A DNA stretch of 59,385 nucleotides, the filler included, from Dugesia japonica (Eukaryota), in NCBI GenBank assembly GCA_001938525.1. It is 5 parts of 5 records of this genome, joined end to end, with 100 filler letters (N's around TTAATTAATTAA, not from the genome) between each part and the next. Parts side by side here need not be neighbours in the genome. Positions count along the whole stretch, not along the records: positions 42,831 to 59,385 come from MQRL01205430.1; 4 more parts are not named here. One strand, 5' to 3'. Below, piece by piece: positions 52,555-59,385 of the stretch (within the stretch, counting starts at the first letter, position 1; each line of letters starts with the position of its first letter). Both the position numbers and the translations under genes were made by a program. The notes beneath the pieces were generated by a model. That model was not told the DNA's origin and ran no database searches. It saw nothing but the letters and a program-made list of their open reading frames with translations.

Positions 52555-54010
52555 CCTTATGAGTACATAGGGTTTATGAGTTTATTATTTGATTAGTTAC
52601 CTTGAAATATTTACACAGCAAACTTGTAATATAGGGCTTATGAGTACATTATTTGCATAGCTACCATGTATTATTTACATATTAACCATGTATTAATATG
52701 TCACCATTCAAAATTTATGTTCATGAAATTAATGTATTCAAAATATTGTATTTGTTAACTTTTTTTCTTTTTTTTTCATTTATTTCTTCATTAATATTGA
52801 TATTTCAGTTATCATTTGCTTCCATTATATTTTATATTCTTTCATGGTTAATGTTATTTTCAAATTCTTCCTCTCCTTGGACAGTATTTTAAAAAGAAAT
52901 TTCACAAGTATTAATTTTGTAAAAAGTGAATTTATTTAAAAATAAAATATTGTTTATATAAACCCGGTAACCAATCATATAAATTATTGTTAATATTAAC
53001 CATTAAGAACTTGCAAATAAAGAGTATTTGTGTATCGCAACCAGACAAAAAAGCTTAGTTGCCATGTTTATTTATATAGCAATCGTGCATTATAAGGATT
53101 ATGAGTGTATTATTACATAGTAACCCTGTATTATAAGGTTTATGAGAATATAATTTACATATCAACCGTGTATTAAGATGTCACCATACAAAATACAAGC
53201 TCGCGCTATGCATAGTGCATGCTCGCGTCATGCACAATGCATGTTTGCGTCATTTTCATGAATATTTTTTATAACAAATCATGTCATTTATTTAAAAATT
53301 ACACCCAATCATTTAAATTAAAATTAATAACAACCGTTCATTTCCTTTAAAGCATGTAATGATCAATAAAAACTAACAAATAAAGAGTATTTAAGTATCG
53401 CAGCAAGTATATAAACAGCAGGTTTTTATATATTAAGTCACATTTACAATTCATAGTTATTAGCAAAATGAGTTAAATTGAAAGACGAATTAACCAAACT
53501 ACAAATTTAATTACCAGTGCATCCCTTGAAGAAATGAATCAAGTGGAAAGGCAAATTAAAAAATTAGCAGATGAAATCACCAGTGGATCCATTGACAAAA
53601 ATCAATTTATAAGCAGGATCAACAATGGTCTATTGAGAAAACATGAGTATGCTGAACTCTTTCTCCGGTCAATATTCATGAACAAAATTAAGGAAAAGTT
53701 GAAGAGGCAAAAAAAATAATAAATTTATTGCTGTAACTTTATTGACATCCATTAGGATATTTTATTTGTTTGGTTGAAATTAATGTAATTATTATATTAT
53801 TGTTTAATAAATAGATTTGAATAATAATTTTGTTTCTTTCTTGATTAATTTATATAAAACACTTATAAGTCAATAGTTTTTTTAAACTACAATTGGTTTA
53901 AGAGTGTATTATTTACATAGTCACCTTTCAATATAGGGGTTATTTACATAATAACCATGCAATATAAGGTATTAATGTAAATACATGCTAGCGTCATGCC
54001 AAATGAATGT
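52555..54010. repeat. Dispersed modular repeats flanking the Polinton module
   Basis: TTATGAGT...ATTTACATAGT.ACC.TG blocks at ~52560-52720, 53050-53200 and 53900-53970. ATGTCACCAT.CAAAAT occurs twice, and AAATAAAGAGTATTT..GTATCGCA at 53015 and 53377. Confidence 0.65.
53468..53719 (+). pseudogene. Small ORF with a 22-aa internal repeat and one premature stop; probably a Polinton accessory gene
   Basis: MS*IERRINQTTNLITSASLEE / MNQVERQIKKLADEITSGSIDK. TATATAAA lies ~60 nt upstream, and AATAAA at the stop. Confidence 0.45.
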
Positions 54011-54350
54011 TAATGACACGTTCACAAATTAAATAAATACTATTAAATAAATAAAAAGTTTAATAAATAGAGTACTTTTGTTTTCTTAGTATTATTAAAA
54101 AGAAAAAATGAACAAGTCATATTGTCAGTTAAAAATATATTTTGTTTAGTACAAATACATGTTTATAAATATTTCATATGTAATTTTGCTTCTTTTATTG
54201 TTAACCGCTATCTAGTGTTCTTCACATAGATTTGGGGTAGGAGTTTTGATTAAGGCACTGTTTACTGAAATAAGATGATTTAAGTAACATTGATGTACTC
54301 CGTTCAGTCTGAACAGAATTAATAAATTAAACAATAACACTTACTTTATA

Positions 54351-54878
54351 ATAATATTTAATTTTTATTTTTCTAACAGAATCATCTTTTTTAAAGTCAT
54401 GAAAGCGAATCGAGAATAATTAATAATCATCGAAATTTATACTACTATATTTTCTCTTAATTTCCTCTCCACCATATGTAAGTCTTACCAAGTTTTCAAA
54501 AGTATCAAATGATAAACTGTGGAATTTAATATTACTACTAAATGTTATCTTATTTTTCTTGAATGTTATATCTGTTTCTATATTACTTTCATATTTATCT
54601 TGAGAATGACCAGTTTAAAGAACTGTTTTTTCTTTGTTATTAACATCAAGTATTAGTTCTTTTTTAATTGGTTTAAATAATTCATATTCAATCCTTGATT
54701 GACTGTAAATGGGCATGTCTGAATATATAAAAGTTAAATCCATCATGGCAACTTCTCAATTACCATCCATGTAAATAGGATTTTGAAGCTCAACAATGTA
54801 ATTACTAGGAGTATTATTTGTATGAACTAACGGACTGCTATTACTTGGCAAAAGTGTATAGAAATTATTTGATTTCAT
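54351..54878 (-). pseudogene. Polinton/Maverick minor capsid (penton-like) protein, N-terminal part
   Basis: MKSNNFYTLLPSNSSPLVHTNNTPSNYIVELQNPIYMDGN*EVAMMDLTF matches the FYxxLPSNSS...NTxSxF...L...GxWEV(A/G) N-terminus of Maverick minor capsid proteins. Confidence 0.8.
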
Positions 54879-55037
54879 CTGAATTTTTGTCTTGATTGAC
54901 TATTTGTGATACTTATATCTTTGTTTTATCTGTAGCATATTGTTAATTCATTCTATTTCTTTTAAATCCGAAAATTATTGCAAATCTATTGAATACAATG
55001 ATAAATAACCAAAATATAAATTAAAGTCAACCACTGT

Positions 55038-55365
55038 TTATTTGAAATGCGTTAAGCCTAATGCAGCTAATGCAATTGGTAGCAATGCTGCTATAAAACC
55101 ATTAACTTGATTGTTCATTACTCGCATCATTAATTTTCTATTTTTATGTTAACAAGCGTTAATAAAGTTGTTTTTATGTTTGTTCAATGTTTTCGATTTA
55201 GCTGCACTCAAATCTACATTACCGCTAACAATATTTATAATAATTTCAAGTAAATCATCTATAAAATATGGTGTGAATGATTGTAAAATTTTCATTCTAA
55301 ATGGATTTGATGATTTAATCAAAGCGCTAAAAACGGAATGTTTCTTTGTAATTTCATCTTTATTT
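55038..55365 (-). pseudogene. Polinton/adintovirus-type small basic ORF with a C-terminal GF-hydrophobic segment
   Basis: FRMKILQS...FIDDLLEIIINIVSGNVDLSAAKSKTLNKHK...QVNGFIAALLPIALAALG resembles the E..LN.L.GN..L....K.L...K...QxGGF...LL pattern. One stop. Confidence 0.7.
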
Positions 55366-55589
55366 ATTAAAAATAATACATACCATTTATTTGTTTATAT
55401 TAGTTTTAACGTTTATCATTCTCAGCTGATTTCCATCTTTTTTTAAACATATTCCCTTTATTTACTTGTTGCTTGTTATTTACATACTTTTTATTCTCAA
55501 AAGATATTTTTTGACGTGTAACAGCACCATCAATTACTTGATCAACTATAAATTTCTTTAATTTTGTCATTTTTGTAATATTATGAAAA

Positions 55590-56200
55590 AATATCTATTT
55601 TGTCTATATATTATGATACCATTTGGATTGAATATATCTGTTCTTACTCTATAATCATCTTAAAATTGTGTATAGTCAAGAAATAGATATACATGTATTT
55701 TTTCTTTTGAAATTTGAAATGATTCAATAAGAAATTCTCTATTATTTGGATATGCCTGTCATGCTAGAAAATAAATAACAGTCTGATCTCTAGGATTTCA
55801 AATAGAACCAAATATTACATGTTTAAATTTCAAGTTCTATGACTATCTTCTTGAGTAATAAATATCACAGTCACATTTAAATATCTCAATATCTTTTTTA
55901 ATACATAATTGAAATCTTTTTCTTTGTTCACCTCCTGATACCGATCAATAACAACAATAACATTACCCGGTTTTAATATTTTGCTCCACTTTTTATCAAA
56001 ACCATTTAAAATTTTCATTTTAATATTACAAAATTTAAATTTAGTCAATCCATGTTCCTCATCTGAGCCCACGTGTCAGTATATGTTTTTAAATTAAGAC
56101 TTGAATAACTTTGATTTCAATAATTGACCTACAAAAATGTTTTCCCACTACCACTAGATTCTACAATTTCATAAACTGCATCATTTCTTAATTTCTCCAT
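55590..56200 (-). pseudogene. Polinton/Maverick A32/FtsK-like genome packaging ATPase
   Basis: Walker A IVESSGSGKTF; decayed Walker B region NVIVVIDRYQE; RYLNVTVIFITQ; YLVLF; YMYLFLDY...DDYRVRTDIF. Frameshifts and stops. Confidence 0.85.
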
Positions 56201-56429
56201 CTATTTTTTATTCATAATTTAGTACATCGTTTATATTTGTTTTAACGGATCAATTAAATTAACTCCATCAAAACCCTCATTGTTCTTCTTTAATTCGTTA
56301 ATTATGATAACCAATATTAATTACCGTGGTGAAGTGTCACAAGAAGTAACAAAGAAAATGAGCTTTCATATCTGTTATATATATGGGTTATATATGGGTT
56401 AAATTAATGATAATTTATTTAACTTTATT

Positions 56430-58340
56430 TTTATAACTAGCAACTCAAATAGTAAATTATCGTTTTTCAGAATTAATAACTATGTGTATTTTTGATTTGA
56501 TTTTATTTTTTTTTGTATTTAAACATAAATATTTCGATATAATTTTATTTGGGTAGCCGTCATTTAAGAATTTATTTTTTATCATTTTGAATGAGATCAA
56601 TTTCATTTTTTCATTTGAAGATAGTCTCACTTTAAATTTTTTCACCTTTAATTATACCAATTTTTTGACTTTTGGTCGTATTACTACTCCAAGGTAATAT
56701 ATGTCTACTGTGAAACGGTTTCATATATGATTAGGTGGTTAATATTTCACTAGGTTTCTTTTGAATTACAGTGTCCAGAAAAGGAATCTGAAAGTCGATT
56801 GATTTCTTTAAAGTGAACTTAATGTTGTAATTAATACTGTTGATTATTCTAAATTGTTTTCTAAAGGAGAATTATTAACAAAGAAAATATCAACTATGTA
56901 TCCAAACCGTAGATAAATTTTCTTGTTTGATTTAAGAATTATTGGATTTTCAGTGAAGTTCATAAAATTCTCAGCCATTAGAATACCACATTTTTGTTTA
57001 AAATATTGTTCACTGATGAAAATGCTATCAAAGAAAAGAAATAAATTGATAAGACATTTAAAATCATTTTGGTGATCTCTGGAATATCTGTATGTTCTTT
57101 ATATCTTTTAAAGAAGTCACTTACAACATCAATGACATTTTCTGGTCCTTTAATTGGAATTGATCCATATAGATTTGTTACATTCAATGAACCAAATTCA
57201 TCATCACTCTTCCATTCTTAATAGTAGTTTTAATATATATGCCGTAAGTTTTCATAATGCAGTTAAAGAAGTGTTAGAAGCGTTTACAATAGGTCTTTCC
57301 TTGTTTCTTTGTAATGTTTAGAAACACAATACATCGAGGATGGAACTGGTTCATGTCATTTAACTGTTGAAAATAAAGATTTTATTGGGTCTTCATATTG
57401 TTGTGCTATTTGATTTAATTATTTGTTGAATTTAATTTCTTTTGTAGTTGGTAGTCTTTTGTGAGCTATTGTTTTATAATTATTTAAATGTTCAGAAAAA
57501 ATTCATTTTGTGTTTGTTCGAAAGAGCTATCAATTTATTAGTTTTATTTTTTGGTGTAATGATAATTGATTTTAAAAATTTAATTTATTTGATAATTTGA
57601 TTTCCATTACTCTTATTATTGTTATTGTTGTTGTTGTTATATGTTTTTAATATTTTTAATTGAAGGTCCTCAATGTTGTTATCAATTTCCATAATAAAAG
57701 AATTATAAGTTGGTATCGTGCGTCTGAATGTTTGTCTATACCTCCATTTTGATGGAAAAATTGAGAAATCATTAGATGTTTTATTTGCTGTATTTTTTAA
57801 TCTATGTAATTGACATTTTAAACTGTAAATGTAAGCTTTAATCATTGCAATATATGATGAGTCAGAAAGATTTGAATTGGCCGGAATGTAGCTTGGACTT
57901 TTGTTAAGTAAATTTCATTGCTTGTCGATGAATGCATGTTCAGTAAGAGCTTTGAAAGGAAGAACAGTTGTACAAGAGCTTTGATTATAATTTATTTTGA
58001 ATTTGATTTTGTCTTCAATTTTAGATCTTTCATTTAGTAGAATACTAATTTTCTTTTTTTTTGCGAAAGCTTATTTTTTATATTTTTTAAATGTTTCTTG
58101 ATTTACTTTATTAAGAGGAAAAGGTAGAGATTCATATTTTAGCAGATAAATAATTTCACTATAAAGTTTCTTTTGAAGAAGAGTCAAATACTGAAATCTT
58201 TGTCGTTTGGACAATTCTTCAAATTGGCGACAATTAAAAGTGTTCTCAAGATTATTTTGAAATCTTAAACCAAAAGGTAATAATTCTCTTTTTTTACATT
58301 TGCTTAAGAATTCAATTTGATTTTAAATTTTGAATTTTTT
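56430..58340 (-). mobile_element. Penelope-like element: N-terminal, RT and thumb regions (inverted segment)
   Basis: Motifs: EFLSKCKKRELLPFGL, LLNKSPSYIP, RPIV, LVSLNVTNLYGSIP, FTL...IPFLDTVI, YMKPFHS, LNDGYP. Many disablements. Confidence 0.85.
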
Positions 58341-58344
58341 TTTA

Positions 58345-58713
58345 TATTTTTTTAGGGCATTCAATTACAAAAACGGAGGAAAACTTTTTGTGGTCCCAAA
58401 TGATTTTGAGATAGCACAAATATATGTTATAAGGAAAATGTCACTTATAAAATAACATGCATCATTTGTCAAGAAACATATATAGGTGAAACATGCAGAA
58501 CCATCTGAACAAGAATTTAGGAAAATTTGAAACAAAAAGAAAGAGAAGTCTTCAAACATTTTCAACCTAAACAGAAAATTTCACAAGAACAACATCACTG
58601 TATATGGAAAACACAAGGAACATGCTACATTTTTACAATACACAGAACAAAAACATTAAGAATTACTAATTAAAGAAGACAATCCTAAAATAAATGTAAT
58701 TTATAATAATTAA
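58345..58713 (+). mobile_element. Penelope-like element GIY-YIG endonuclease region
   Basis: ICYKENVTYKITCIICQETYIGETCRTI*TRI*E ... ELLIKEDNPKIN: the PLE GIY-YIG signature. Confidence 0.85.
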
Positions 58714-58716
58714 ATA

Positions 58717-59215
58717 TTAAGTTGTTCAGAAAGTTTTACACGTTTTTGAACCTATATTTTAAAACATCATAAATGAGCCAAAACAAAAGGTTTATTAATT
58801 AAAATAAAAACCATTTACTTTTACACGCTTTTGCCAACGAATTGGTAGATTTTTATTTCTATGTGATAAAATTCTGCAGACCTGGAGGCAAGGAACTGTT
58901 CAAATTCCTTTTTTAACACCCCTTTGTCCTCAAATCTTTCCCCATTAAAATAATTTTGTAAGTGTTTGAATAAATGGAAATCAGTAGGCAAGAGATCAGG
59001 TGAGTACGGTGTCTCAGAATTTCATAATTTAGGCTCTTCAGTTTATCCATGGTTTGTTTTGCTATGTGTGGATGGGCCTTTTCTATTGATCAATACTAGG
59101 TACATTTTTTTTACTTTTATTGCATAAAATCAATCTCTAGGCAGTATTTATCTGCTGTTATCATTTGTCCCTTTTCCAGGAAATCGTAATGAATCACTCT
59201 TTTGAACACCACAAT
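58717..59215 (-). mobile_element. Mariner transposase 3' half with terminal inverted repeat (Hsmar1/cecropia-like)
   Basis: VIHYDFLEKGQMITADKYC...INRKGP...PYSPDLLPTDFHLFKHLQN...RWQK...NGFYFN*. End sequence TA|TTAAGTTGTTCAGAAAGT at 58715-58734. Confidence 0.9.
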
Positions 59216-59347
59216 AAAAAATTAAAAAGGAAAATATATAGTCAAATTTTAATTTAAAAGCAAAACAAAATAAAACTGTAAAGAGAGCAATAAATTAAAC
59301 TAGAGAGCAATGAATTAAACGAAATAATAAGTATAAAATTGAAAAGG

Positions 59348-59385
<38 letters not shown>

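Noticed and set aside
58714-58800. Hammerhead ribozyme expected in the PLE 3' region
   Set aside because: No intact CUGANGA...GAAA core was found; the region is replaced by the mariner end.

Overview
Very AT-rich eukaryotic draft-genome sequence with many N gaps, (AAT)n microsatellites and 40-55 nt introns. The style suggests a free-living flatworm or planarian, but that is an inference. The window is not one locus: four identical 100-nt spacers (44 N + TTAATTAATTAA + 44 N) at 13490, 22862, 33491 and 42731 join five pieces, so adjacency across them means nothing. Host genes are present only in part: the first three exons of a secreted trypsin-family (S1A) protease, the 3' exon of a homeobox gene, four exons of a CEP135/Bld10-like centriolar coiled-coil gene with an upstream X-box-like motif, and one orphan terminal exon. 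The rest is mostly decayed mobile DNA: at least seven Ty3/gypsy fragments (some with LTR, PBS or PPT), a NeSL/R2-like non-LTR element, two mariner relics, a hAT transposase, Helitron ends and fold-back MITEs. The most notable part is the last piece. It holds a decayed Polinton/Maverick (adintovirus-like) virion module (packaging ATPase, small core-like ORF, minor capsid), a second inverted copy of the small ORF, and a Penelope-like retroelement whose RT half is inverted relative to its GIY-YIG half. All family assignments come from manual translation and motif recall; no searches were run.
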